From contig OZ024740.1 in NCBI GenBank assembly GCA_964016885.1, forward strand, positions 136,524,001-136,588,000: DNA of 64,000 nucleotides. The letters run 5' to 3'. This document shows, one piece after another, positions 1 through 16,256 of this stretch (position 1 is its first letter; each line of letters starts with the position of its first letter). Both the position numbers and the translations under genes were made by a program. The notes under the pieces were generated by a model. It ran no database searches. It worked only from the letters and a program-made list of their open reading frames with translations, and had not been told where the DNA came from. The DNA is from Eledone cirrhosa. Taxonomy: Eukaryota.

Positions 1-182
1 TATATTATATATATATATATCATATATATAATATATTATATATATTATATATATATCATGTATATATATATTATATATATTATATATATATATATATATA
101 TCATATATATATATATTATATATATTATATATATATATATATATCATATATATATATATTATTTTATATTATATATATATAT

Positions 183-216
<34 letters not shown>

Positions 217-666
217 ATATTTATATTATATATATAATATATATATATTTATATTATATATATAATATATATATATTTATATTATATATATAATATATAT
301 ATATATATCATATATATATATATTATATAATATTATATATATATTATATATATATATATATATATATTATAATAGTTATATATATATATATTATATATAT
401 ATATATCATATATATTATATATTGTATATATTATATATATATATATCATATATATATATATCATATATATATATTATATATATATATATTAATATATATA
501 TATATCATATATATATATTATATATATATATATTATATATATATATTATATATATATATATTATATATATATATATATTATATATATATATATCATATAT
601 ATATATTATTATATATATATATCATATATATATATATCATATATATATATCATATATATATATATC

Positions 667-697
<31 letters not shown>

Positions 698-705
698 ATC
701 ATATA

Positions 706-749
<44 letters not shown>

Positions 750-845
750 ATATATTATATATATATATATTATATATATATATATTATATATATTATATA
801 TATATATATTATATATATTATATATATATATATATTATATATATT

Positions 846-890
<45 letters not shown>

Positions 891-1098
891 ATATTATATT
901 ATATATATATATATTATTTATATTATATATATTTATATTATATATATATATATATTATATATATATATTATATATATATATATATTATATATATTATATA
1001 TATATATATATTATATATATATTATATATATATATATATTATATATATATATATTATATATATTTATATTATATATATATATATATATTTATATTATA

Positions 1099-1147
<49 letters not shown>

Positions 1148-1345
1148 TATATATATATTATATATTATATATATATTTATATATATATATATATTATATA
1201 TTATATATATATTATATATTATATATATATATTTATTTATATTATATATATATATTATATATATATATATTATTTATATTATATATATATATTATATATT
1301 ATATATATTTATATATATATATATATATTATATATTATATATATT

Positions 1346-1377
<32 letters not shown>

Positions 1378-1383
1378 ATATAT

Positions 1384-1416
<33 letters not shown>

Positions 1417-1552
1417 ATATATTATATATATATATATATATTATATATATATATATATTATTTATATATTATATATATATTTATATATATATATATATAT
1501 TATATATTATATATATATTATATATATATATTATATATATATTATATATATA

Positions 1553-1592
<40 letters not shown>

Positions 1593-1753
1593 ATATATAT
1601 ATATTATATATTATATATATATTATATATATATATATATATATCATATATATATATATTATATATATTATATATATATCATATATATATATATTATATAT
1701 ATTATATATATATATAATATTATCATATATATATATATTATTTATATTATATA

Positions 1754-1805
<52 letters not shown>

Positions 1806-2095
1806 TATATATATAATATATATATATTATATTATATATATAATATATATATATTTATATTATATATATAATATATATATATATTATATATATATATTAT
1901 ATATAATATATATATATATTATATATATATATTATATATATTATATATATAATATATATATATATATTATATATATTATATATTATATATATTATATATA
2001 TATATTATATATATTATATATATATATCATATATATATATATATATATTATATATATAATATATATATATAATATATATATATATATAATATATA
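1..2095. repeat. degenerate (TA)n microsatellite
   Basis: Almost pure TA dinucleotide with TT/TC/AA interruptions; the 431-aa I/Y ORF is an artefact. Confidence 0.98.
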
Positions 2096-4280
2096 AGCAA
2101 TCAAGCACTATGCATGGCACTAACCGAAACGCACCTGACAAGCAGTATAGCAGATGCAGAAATACATATACCGAAATATACTGTATTTCGTTCGGACAGG
2201 AAGGAGAGAACTCATGGTGGGGTTGCTCTGTATATCCGTGAAGATGTCACACCAATTGTACTGTTGACACATTCAAACTCAGTCTGTGACACACTGATAA
2301 TACATATGAAGCAACTACAGACGGTAATATGTGTCGCATATCGGCCGCCCGATGCCCCCAGTCATAAGGGTAAATTTGAGGATAGCCTAAGTAGGATAGA
2401 AGAGGTCCTTGACAAGCTGGACCAGGGTCTCAACATCCTACTGCTGGGAGACTTCAACCTACCAAAGGTCAAATGGCCTGAGGGCCACCTCCTCCCTGGA
2501 ATGACGTCAATAGAACAGAGACAGACGGAATCCCTGCTGGCCCTCACACACAGGCTGTTCATGGAGCAAGCAATACTCCTCCCAACAAGAGGTGAAAATG
2601 TCCTGGACCTCTGTTTTACAAACAACGAAGTGCTCATCCACAATGTAAAGGTGACACCAACAATTCTCTCGGATCATAACTTGGTAGAGCTAATGATATG
2701 TGGTCCAAGAGAACCAACAGAGACAAAACCACCAAGAAGCTCCGGGACGCTATCCAGCCTTAACTTCTACGGGGCTGACTGGAAGAAGATTAAGAGTGAA
2801 ATCCGGAAGCAAACATGGAGTGCAAACATCGCCACACAAGACACTAACACACAATTTCAACACTTCATGACAACGATACACACCATATGCAAAAAGTGTG
2901 TCCCGGAGAAAGAGGCAAACAGACACAAAAATCTTATTCCCAGAGATAGGAAAAATCCTTATGAGACGTAGAACTAAACTCTCAAACCAGTTGAATAGTC
3001 AACAAAACCAAAACAAGAAGGAATCCTATTTGAAACGTGCACTACTTGACACCGAGATTGCACTCAAGCTTTCACATGAGAATGAGAGGGCAAGGAAAGA
3101 GAACAGGGCCATAGAAAACATTAAAACAAACCCTAAGGCCTTCTTTAAATTTGCAAAAGAAACTGCCTCAGTACACTGCAAGATTGGACCACTCTTCCAC
3201 ACGGACGGTTCATTAACCGAAAATCCCCAAGAGATATGTGAAATACTGAACGAACAGTACAAAAGTGTGTTCACATGTCCACTGAGGCACATGCAAATAA
3301 CGAAGCCAGAGGAGTTCTTTGATGCCACAACACTACATCAAGAAATGGCAACCATCAACCACATAGACATAACGGAGGAGGATGTGGTGTACGCCATTGA
3401 TGAAATTAGAACAGACTCGGCTGCTGGACCTGATGGATTCCCAGCAGTTCTCCTAAAAATATGTAAGCGGGCCTTAGCAACTCCACTGAAGATGCTCTTC
3501 AGAAGCTCCTTGGCTAGCGGTGTACTACCCAGGGAGCTGAAAGAAGGCACAATATGCCCTATCCATAAAGGAGGTAGCAGAGCGGAGGCCAAAAACTATA
3601 GGCCAGTCTCCCTGACGTCGCATATCAGTAAGGTCATGGAGCGAGTCGTCAGAAAGAAACTAATCACTTTCCTGAAAGAAATGACCGCCTGACTAGCACG
3701 CAACATGGCTTCCGCCCAGGAAGAAGCTGCCTTACACAGCTGCTACATCACTACGACTGGGTACTGAGACAGCTACTAGACAGCTCACATGTAGACGTGA
3801 TATATCTTGACTTTGCGAAGGCCTTTGACAAGGTCGACCACGGAATGATATGTCACAAACTACACGGACTCGGCATAACTGGAAAAGTAGGTGAGTGGCT
3901 GCATGGCTTCCTGAGGGACAGAAGCCAGGCAGTCGCAGCAAATGGGGCCCTCTCGAGGGAAACACCGATAACAAGTGGGGTGCCTCAGGGGACAGTCCTG
4001 GGACCACTACTGTTTTTGGTGGCTCTCTCGGACATGCCTCTGTGGTGCATGCAACAACATCCCTCACTAGCTATGCTGATGACACTAAGGTAGCACAGGC
4101 AATCAAAAACCCGGCTGACGCTGCCCTCTTACAGCAGGATCTGGATGCCATATACAGATGGGCGGAAGAAAACAACATGCAGTTTAATGCTGGCAAATTC
4201 CAAGCCTACAATACAAACCTGCAAACACAAACACAAATATAGCGGAACACAGCTACACAGGACCAGGAGGGACCGATATC
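2094..4280 (+). mobile_element. CR1-group LINE ORF2 fragment (APE endonuclease + RT), 5'-truncated and frameshifted, runs into assembly gap
   Basis: Motifs ALTETHL, GGVALY, YRPP, LLGDFN, LDLCF, SDH (EN) and GPDG, NYRPVSL, YLDFAKAFDKVDH, GVPQGTVLGP, YADD (RT) split over 2114-2971, 2898-3692, 3797-4093, 3895-4242; near-identical to 41797-43980. Confidence 0.95.
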
Positions 4281-4480
4281 NNNNNNNNNNNNNNNNNNNN
4301 NNNNNNNNNNNNNNNNNNNNNNNNNNNNNNNNNNNNNNNNNNNNNNNNNNNNNNNNNNNNNNNNNNNNNNNNNNNNNNNNNNNNNNNNNNNNNNNNNNNN
4401 NNNNNNNNNNNNNNNNNNNNNNNNNNNNNNNNNNNNNNNNNNNNNNNNNNNNNNNNNNNNNNNNNNNNNNNNNNNNNNNN
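4281..4480. other. assembly gap (200 N)
   Basis: Run of N. Confidence 1.
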
Positions 4481-6694
<2,214 letters not shown>

Positions 6695-7202
6695 AAAATA
6701 AAGTTAAATAAAAGTCAAATGATTAAAATTTAGCTGCGTTTATTACTGCTATATATATTTCAGTGACAGCCATCTTTGGCTGTGACTTCTTCAGGCAGTT
6801 TGAATTAGTATGGTATAGACAAGTACATATGTTGTTTAGGTGTACCAGGGGACCTGTGACACGAAAATTCGTTTGTTTGAATTCATATGACTCCAGTTCC
6901 CCAGTGAATTAACAAACCAACAAGGAACTGGGCATATCAGAGTATTGACAATATCATACACCTAAACAACATATGTACTTGTCTATAACATACTAATTCA
7001 AACTGCCTGAAGAGGTCACAGCCAAAGATGGCTGTCACTTAAATATATATAGCAGTAATAAACGAAGCTAAATTTTAATCATTTGACTTTTATTTAATTT
7101 TATTTTACACTACTCCGGAGTAACCAAACCAACCTGCGCACTTCGTCGAGTGCTCCAGCCTGCATACTGAGGTGTTGGTATACAACCAACATAAACTCAA
7201 AA
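6695..7202 (+). mobile_element. palindromic non-coding PLE-derived mini-element, family A copy 1
   Basis: Inverted arms ~6695-6844 / 6957-7107, unpaired tail 7108-7202, an HHR in each arm, TA on both flanks; paralog at 11345-11830. Confidence 0.85.
6745..6799 (-). ncRNA. minimal type I hammerhead ribozyme
   Basis: Minus strand ACTGC-CTGAAGA-agtcacagcc aaagat ggctgtcact-GAAA-TATATATA-GCAGT; the plus-arm copy 7002-7056 has GAAA changed to TAAA. Confidence 0.85.
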
Positions 7203-7632
7203 TATATATTATACATATATTATATATACATTATATATATATATATTATATATATTATATATATATTATATATATATATATTATATATTATATATATTAT
7301 ATATTATATATATTATATATATATATATATTATATATATATATATATTATATATATTATATATTATATATATATATATATATTATATATATATATATTAT
7401 ATATATATTATATATATATATATATTATATATATATATAATATATATTATTTATATATATATTATATATATATATTATATATATATACATTATTTATATA
7501 TATATATTATTTATATATATATTATATATATATATATATTATATTTATATATATATATATCATATATATTATATTTATATAATATATGTATATATTATAT
7601 ATATATATATATTATAAATATTATAAATATTA

Positions 7633-7677
<45 letters not shown>

Positions 7678-7686
7678 TATATATAT

Positions 7687-7717
<31 letters not shown>

Positions 7718-7816
7718 ATATATATATATATTATATATATATATATTATATATATATTATATATATATTATATATATATTATATATATATATATATATTA
7801 TATATATATATATTAT

Positions 7817-8645
7817 TAAAAATGAAAGGTAGGTTGTATGATGCCTGCATACGAACAGCAATGTTGCATGGCAGTGAGACCTGGGCATTGTGTGCAGAGG
7901 ATATACGCAAACTAGAGAGGAACGAAGCTTGCATGCTCCGCTGGATGTGAAATAGTAATATACGTGAATGGCAATGCATAAACAAAGCATAAGCGAACTA
8001 AGGAAAAAATTAGAAATAAGAGGGATCAGATGCTGTTTACTCGAGAGAAGGCTATGTTGGTATGGTCACGTGATGCGCATGAAAGACGACAGCTGTATAA
8101 CAAAGTGCAGGGCAATAAAGATAGATGGTAGCCACGGAGTAGGCAGACCTAGGAAAACCTGGGACGAGCTGATAAATTCCGACCTCACACACTTACACCT
8201 CTCCAAGACAATGTCACTGGACCGAGACCTTTGGCGGTACTCAGTAACAGACAAGACCCGCCTTACCTGAATACAAAGTAAAACCTACTAGTCAGTAGGC
8301 ACCTCTAACAAAATACACCCCCGTCCTACCCCATCCACACCGACCCTTCAATGCAAATTTATGTTGGTGCCACAACATCCAGGCCGAAACAAATGAGATC
8401 GTGTAGGTGTCACGACAAAAAAAACACACAGTCCACGCTGTAATGTGACCGTGTAGGCAACACGGTAAAAACCTCCCAGTCCCACACTGTAAATGTGGTT
8501 GGTGTTAGGAAGGGCATCCAGCTGTAGAAAACCCGCCAGACTCCTATGCGAGCAAGACAACCACTCTTGCCTCAAGTGGGAAAACCCCAGTCCAAACCCA
8601 TGCAAGCGTGGAACAGGGACGTTAAATGATGATGATGATGATGAT
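7817..8645 (+). mobile_element. RTE LINE 3' fragment (family A) with (GAT)n tail
   Basis: KGRLYDAC..HGSETW..RWYGHVMRM..GRPRKTW; matches the 3' part of the 16257-20413 element. Confidence 0.95.
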
Positions 8646-9090
8646 ATTTTTATATATATATATATATATATTTTTTTTATATATATATATTTTATATATA
8701 TATATATATTTTATATATATATATATATTTTATATATATATATATATATATTTTATATATATATATATATAGTTTATATATATATAGTTTATATATATAT
8801 AGTTTATATATATATATATATTTTATATATATATATATATAGTTTATATATATATTTTATATATATATATATATAGTTTATATATATATTTTATATATAT
8901 ATATATATAGTTTATATATATATATTTTTTTTTTTTTTATATATATATATATAGTTTATATATATATATATATATAGTTTATATATATATATATATTTTT
9001 TTTTTATATATATATATATATATTTTATATATATATATATATATATATTTCATATATATATATATTTTTATATATATATATATATATATA

Positions 9091-9481
9091 AAGCAAATTT
9101 CGTTGAAGTCTGCGGTGGCGAATGGCCAACTCCCTTCGGACATGCGCTTGCGCAGGCCGGTGAGAGTGAATTGGTACTCACAAGGGAGTGGATGAAAAAC
9201 CCAAGAACACACAATTCATCTGTTCCCTTGTCGATCCAATTTGGATTGCCTCGGAAACATAACCTTATTATGTAACAAGCTGTTTGATGATGACACGACA
9301 CTCGCACACAGAACAATGTGGCCAGTGTCGTCACTGAAATATATATCACAGCATTATTATTAAAGGACTTGAACATCTGAAACTACTTCACTTTTCCTTA
9401 TTCGATATTTACTCCGTCACTCCTATGTGGAAAAAGTACGTTAAGTGCTTGAATTGAATTGCATCAATGTTTCCCCTAATA
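9091..9481 (+). mobile_element. solo PLE pLTR-like island carrying an HHR
   Basis: Unique island between TA tracts containing the HHR at 9279-9352; no ORF. Confidence 0.65.
9279..9352 (+). ncRNA. type I hammerhead ribozyme (C3U core variant, long stem II)
   Basis: GCTGT-TTGATGA-tgacacgacact...agtgtcgtcact-GAAA-TATATATC-ACAGC. Confidence 0.75.
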
Positions 9482-9544
9482 AATATATTTTATATATATA
9501 TATATATATATATTTTATATATATATATATATTTTATATATATA

Positions 9545-9600
<56 letters not shown>

Positions 9601-9619
9601 ATATTTTATATATATATAT

Positions 9620-9717
<98 letters not shown>

Positions 9718-9727
9718 ATATATATTT

Positions 9728-9759
<32 letters not shown>

Positions 9760-10010
9760 ATATATATTTTATATATATATATATATTTTATATATATATA
9801 TATTTTATATATATATATTTTAATTATATATATATATATATATTTTATATATATATATATTTTATATATATATATTTTAATTATATATATATATATATAT
9901 ATATTTTAAATATATATATATATTTTAAATATATATATATGTATTTTATATATATATATATATATTTTATATATATATATATATAATATTTTATATATAT
10001 ATATATATAT

Positions 10011-10098
<88 letters not shown>

Positions 10099-10108
10099 AT
10101 ATATATTT

Positions 10109-10140
<32 letters not shown>

Positions 10141-10326
10141 ATATATATTTTATATATATATATATATATTTTATATATATATATATTTTATATATATATA
10201 TTTTAAATATATATATATGTATTTTATATATATATATATATATTTTATATATATATATATTTTATATATATATATATATATATTTTATATATATATATAT
10301 ATATATATTTTATATATATATATATA

Positions 10327-10365
<39 letters not shown>

Positions 10366-10547
10366 ATATATATATATATATTTTATATATATATATATAT
10401 TTTATATATATATATATATATTTTATATATATATATATATTTTATATATATATATATATTTTATATATATATATATTTTATATATATATATATTTTATAT
10501 ATATATATATTTTATATATATATATATATATTTTATATATATATATA

Positions 10548-10581
<34 letters not shown>

Positions 10582-11344
10582 TTTATATATATATATATAT
10601 ATTTTATATATATTTTAATTATATATATATATATATATATATTTTAAATATATATATATATTTTAAATATATATATATGTATTTTATATATATATATATA
10701 TATTTTATATATATATATATATATTTTATATATATATATTTTATATATATATATATTTTATATATATATATATTTTATATATATATATATATATATTTTA
10801 TATATATATATATTTTATATATATATATATTTTATATATATATATATATATATTTTATATATATATATATATATATATTTTATATATATATATATATTTT
10901 ATATATATATATATATATTTTATATTATATATATATTTTATATATATATATATATTTTATATATATATATATTTTATATATATATATATTTTATATATAT
11001 ATATATTTTATATATATATATATATATTTTATATATATATATATTTTATATATATATATATATATTTTATATATATATATATATATTTTATATATATATA
11101 TATATATATATTTTATATATATATATATATATTTTATATATATATATATATTTTATATATATATATTTTATATATATATATATATTTTATATATATATAT
11201 ATATTTTATATATATATATATATTTTATATATATATATATATTTTATATATATATATATTTTATATATACATATATATTTTATATATACATATATATATT
11301 ATATATATATATATATATTTTATATACATATATATTTTATATAT
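9482..11344. repeat. (TA)n microsatellite punctuated by TTTT
   Basis: Recurrent TATATTTTATA units. Confidence 0.97.
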
Positions 11345-11830
11345 AAAATAAAGTTAAATAAAAGTCAAATGATTAAAATTTAGCTTCGTTTATTAATGCT
11401 ATATATATTTTAGTGACAGCCATGTTTGGCTGTGACCTCTTCCGGCAGTTTGAATTAGTATGGTATAGACAAGTACATATGTTGTTTAGGTGTATAATAT
11501 TGTCAATACTCTGATATGACTCCAGTTCCTCAGTGAATTAACAACCCAACAAGGAACTGGGCATATCAGAGTATTGACAATATTATACATCTAAACAACA
11601 TATGTACTTGTCTATACCATACTAATTCAAACTGCCTGAAGAGGTCACAGCCAAAGATGGCTGTCACTGAAATATATATAGCAGTAAAAAATGAAGCTAA
11701 ATTTTAATAATTTGACTTTTATTTAACTTTATTTTACACTACTCCGGAGTAACCAAACCAACCTGCGCACTTCGTCGAGTGCTCCAGCCTGCATACTGAG
11801 GTGTTGGTATACAACCAACATAAACTCAAA
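11345..11830 (+). mobile_element. palindromic non-coding PLE-derived mini-element, family A copy 2
   Basis: Arms 11345-11530 / 11552-11736, tail to 11830; same ends, spacer and tail as 6695-7202. Confidence 0.85.
11631..11685 (+). ncRNA. minimal type I hammerhead ribozyme
   Basis: ACTGC-CTGAAGA-ggtcacagccaaagatggctgtcact-GAAA-TATATATA-GCAGT; the minus-arm copy 11395-11449 is core-mutated. Confidence 0.87.
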
Positions 11831-12327
11831 ATATATATTTTATATATATATATATATTATATATATATATTTTATATATATATATATATATTTTATATAT
11901 ATATATATATTTTATATATATATATATATTTTATATATATATATATTTTATATATATATATATTTTATATATATATATATATTTTATATATATATATATT
12001 TTATATATATATATATTTTATATATATATATATTTTATATATATATATATTTTATATATATATATTTTATATATATATATATATTTTATATATATATATA
12101 TATTTTATATATATATATATATATTTTATATATATATATATATATTTTACATATATATATATATTTTACATATATATATATATATTTTACATATATATAT
12201 ATATATTTTATATATATATATATATATTTTATATATATATATATATATTTTATATATATATATATTTTATATATATAGAGAGAGATTTTATATATATATA
12301 TATACATATATTTTATATATATATATA

Positions 12328-12470
12328 CATCATCATCATCGTTTAACGTCCATGTTCCACGCTTGCATGGGTTTGGACGGGGGTTTTCCCACTTGAGTCA
12401 AGAGTGGTTGTCTTGCTCGCAAAGGACTGTCTGGCGGGTTTTCTACAGCTGGATGCCCTTCCTAACACCA
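12328..12470 (-). mobile_element. RTE family A extreme 3' end
   Basis: (CAT)n plus gtttaacgtccatgttccacgcttgcatgg..., matches 16257-16395. Confidence 0.9.
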
Positions 12471-12518
12471 TATATTTTATATATATATATATACATATTT
12501 TATATATATATATATACA

Positions 12519-12550
<32 letters not shown>

Positions 12551-13088
12551 TTTACATATATATATTTTATATATATATATACATATATTTTATATATATA
12601 TATACATATATTTTATATATATATATATACATTTTATATATATATATATATACATTTTATATATATATATATATATTTTATATATATATATATATATATT
12701 TTATATATATATACATATATTTTATATATATATATACATATACTTTATATATATATACATATATTTTATATATATATACATATATTTTATATATATATAT
12801 ATATTTTATATATATATATATATTTTATATATATATATATATATTTTCTATATATATATATATATATTTTATATATATATACATATACTTTATATATATA
12901 TACATATACTTTATATATATATACATATATTTTATATATATATACATATATTTTATATATATATACATATATTTTATATATATATACATATATTTTATAT
13001 ATATATATATATATTTTATATATATATATATATATATATTTTATATATATATATATATTTTATATATATATATATATATTTTATATAT

Positions 13089-14071
13089 ATCATCATCAAC
13101 ATCATCACTGTTTTACGTCTGTTCTTCCACGCTAGCATGGGTTAGACGGGTTGTCCTGTTGTGGGCAGTGTTTGGTCGGCTGACCATGCCTTGCTCGTAC
13201 AGGAACTGATCTGGCTTGATTTCTACAGCTGGATGCCCTTCCTAACACCAACCTCATTTACAGTGAGTGCTGGGTGCTTTTTCGTAACGCCTACACGTCC
13301 ACTTTACAGTGTGGGCTCGGTGCATTTTTGCGTGGCACCTCCACGACCACCTTGTGGTGGGGGCATATTGTCTATATGCTTCAGCTTGTACCCACGGGTA
13401 CTCTGTATTACTGCGTGACGCCAGAAGTCACGGTCGTGTGTCATTGCCTTTGAGAGGTGTAATTGAGTAAGGTCGGCTTTTATCACCTCATCCCAGGTCA
13501 TCTTGGGTCTCCCCACTCCGCGGTTTCCATCAACTTCTAGTGCTCTGCACCTTTTTATGCAGCTGTCATCCTTCATACGCATCACCATTCCATACCAGCG
13601 CAACCGCCTCTCCTGCACACAGTATTTGATTCCTCTTATGCTCAGTCTCACTCTCAATTCATTTATGCTTTGTCGTTCACGTATATTACTGTTACACATC
13701 CATCGGAGCATGCAGGCTTCATTTCTCTCTAATCTACGTAAGTCTTCCACCTTCAGCGCCCAGGTCTCACTACCATGCAACATTGCTGTTCGGATACACG
13801 CATCATACAGTCTGCCTTCCATTCTGAGGGAGAAGCCTTTTGCAGCTAGCAGTGGTAGTAGTTCCCTAAACTTCTTCCATCCCGTTCTTACCCTAGTTAT
13901 TGTACTTGCTGAAAACACACCTCCGCTGCTAATTCGGTCACCTAGGTAGCAGAAATGTCTACTGTTTCTACAGAGCCCTCACAGAGATTGGTGGTACTTG
14001 TTTCCTGTGGCTGTTTGCTGCTTGCTGTCTCAGCACAGCTGCTGTATGTGAAGCCTACATTCTTAATTAAA
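13089..14071 (-). mobile_element. RTE LINE 3' fragment (family B)
   Basis: ORF 13304-13918 with RTGWKKFRELLPLL..HGSETW..RWYG; 3'UTR and (CAT)n tail. Confidence 0.95.
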
Positions 14072-14110
14072 CATATATATATATATATATATATTTTATA
14101 TATATATATA

Positions 14111-14153
<43 letters not shown>

Positions 14154-14194
14154 ATATATATATATATATATTTTATATATATATATATATATTT

Positions 14195-14225
<31 letters not shown>

Positions 14226-14241
14226 TATATATATATATATA

Positions 14242-14275
<34 letters not shown>

Positions 14276-14294
14276 TTTATATATATATATATAT

Positions 14295-14325
<31 letters not shown>

Positions 14326-14492
14326 TTTATATATATATATATATACATTTTATATATATATATATATATACATATAGACATAGAATATTCGAAAATACTC
14401 TGTATGTTTATAATAAACATTTTGAAGACCTAATCGCTATAGAATAGAATACGTCACGTATTACAATTAGATTCTCGATAAAAGCAAGGGAA

Positions 14493-14535
14493 GTAATCTA
14501 CGCGTTTCATTCTTGTTAGAATTCATCAGGACTAC
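14493..14535 (-). ncRNA. minimal type I hammerhead ribozyme
   Basis: Mirror copy of 14783-14825. Confidence 0.9.
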
Positions 14536-14782
14536 ATATCCAGTGCTTTTATCGAGAATGACACAGCTAGAGACTTATAGAATACTTAGCTGTGTACAGG
14601 AACTGGTTTGAAAGAGCGGTTGCCGGTCCGGCAGAAATTAGAAATTGGAATAAATGCTCTGAAATAGCGATATATATGTGAATCTGCCGGACCGGCAACC
14701 GCTCTTTCAAACCAGTTCCTGTACACAGCTAAGTATTCTATAAGTCTCTAGCTGTGTCATTCTCGATAAAAGCACTGGATAT

Positions 14783-14825
14783 GTAGTCCTGATGAATTCT
14801 AACAAGAATGAAACGCGTAGATTAC
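14783..14825 (+). ncRNA. minimal type I hammerhead ribozyme
   Basis: GTAGTC-CTGATGA-attct aaca agaat-GAAA-CGCG-TA-GATTAC (GUA site); stem I extended by attctcgataaaagca / tgcttttatcgagaat. Confidence 0.92.
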
Positions 14826-15060
14826 TTCCCTTGCTTTTATCGAGAATCTAATTGTAATACGTGACGTATTCTATTCTATAGCGATTAGGTCTTCAAAATG
14901 TTTATTATAAACATACAGAGTATTTTCGAATATTCTATGTCTATATTCACATATATATCGCTATTTCAGAGCATTTATTCCAATTTCTATATATATATAC
15001 ATTTTATATATATATATATATACATTTTATATATATATATATATATTTTATATATATATA

Positions 15061-16152
15061 TTTCGTTTCTGAATTTGTTTAGCAATAATCTTTATTTGAA
15101 AACGTGTGTTGAAACCGATATTGTTATACTTTGGGAGGGTCATCTTGCCAATAAGAAAAACACGCACCAGTTACTTTCACTTCAATTTATTATAATAAAT
15201 TTATAAATTTAGGAATTTATAAATTTCAGGTTGGTTGGTTGGTTCCACAACCAGATGGTTGTTTGTTTATATATTGTCAAAGTTCTTTTGTCACACATTC
15301 TGTGACCTCTTCAGTGACTGGGATTCTTTTCTTTGTTTTTGTGCCTCTCCTTTAGTTCTGTCCTACGCCATCTTGTTTCTGTGTGTGTGTGTTGTGTGCT
15401 CAGTCTGCACGTGCGCCACATCCGGGTGTCTGTGTGTGTTGATATTCATTTATTTATTTGTTTATTTACAGGTTGGTTGTTTGTTCTATGTGCATGTGTG
15501 TTTTCATTTTGTCCTTAATTATAAGTTGTGATGTTGCTGTTCCACTCATGTTTTCTATTTAATTTTGGTTGTAATTCTTTTATGTTTATTGCCTCTGTGA
15601 TTTGTCTAAACATTGCGTCTTTTCTGTGTGTAGATTCTATTTTTATTTCTATGTTCTCTAATTTACCATTATGTTCTATTTTAGCATGTTGGTAGAGTAC
15701 AGATGATTCTTTACTATCTTGAAGGTCTCGCCAGTGTTCATTTATCCGTTCCCCTACACTACGAGCTGTCTCACCTATGTACACTATATTTTTGTCTCTA
15801 CATTGTCCTTCAGTACATCTTATGCTATATACTACATTTTTAGTTTTACAGTTAATATGGGGGCTTAATTTACTGAGCACACAACACACACACAGAAACA
15901 AAATGGCATAGGACAGAACAAAGGAGAGGCACAAAAACAAAGAAAATAATCCCCAGTCACTGAAGAGGTGACAGAATGTGTGACGAAAGAACTTTGACAA
16001 TATATAAACAACCATCTGGTTCTGGAACCAACCAACCAACCGGAAATTTATAAATTCCTAAATTTATAAATTTATTATAATAAATTGAAGTGAAAGCAAC
16101 TGGTGCGTGTGTTTCTTATTGGCAACATGACCCTCCCAAAGTATAACAATAT
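15061..16152 (-). mobile_element. 5'-truncated Penelope-like element (GIY-YIG remnant) with inverted pLTR
   Basis: Arms 15118-15404 / 15872-16152, tail 15061-15117; minus-strand frame 15515-15870 reads NCKTKNVVYSIRC..C..YIGETARS..ERINEH..RQITEA..LN. Confidence 0.9.
15956..15998 (+). ncRNA. minimal type I hammerhead ribozyme in pLTR
   Basis: GTCA-CTGAAGA-ggtgacagaatgtgtgac-GAAA-GAACTT-TGAC; the minus copy 15276-15318 has a better stem II but GAAA changed to AAAA. Confidence 0.72.
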
Positions 16153-16256
16153 ATATAAATTTTATATATATATATATATATTTTATATATATATATATAT
16201 ATATATTTTATATATATATATATATATATTTTATATATATATATATATATATTTTA

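Larger units (their letters stand above)
14372..14989 (+). mobile_element. palindromic HHR mini-element (retrozyme-like, ~310-nt permuted monomer)
   Basis: 264-bp inverted arms 14372-14635 / 14683-14946 with no mismatch noticed; spacer 14636-14682 is the reverse complement of tail 14946-14989. Confidence 0.88.

Noticed and set aside
422-1717. Long I/Y-rich ORFs here and throughout, plus C/V/Y/M-rich ORFs at 49330-49784 and 60028-60835
   Set aside because: Translations of TA/TG microsatellite, not genes.
11669-11685. Idea that HHR cleavage after UAUAUAUA makes an RNA 3' end that primes directly on (TA)n targets
   Set aside because: Element-TA junctions lie about 45-160 nt beyond the cleavage sites, not at them, and several families have non-TA stem III.
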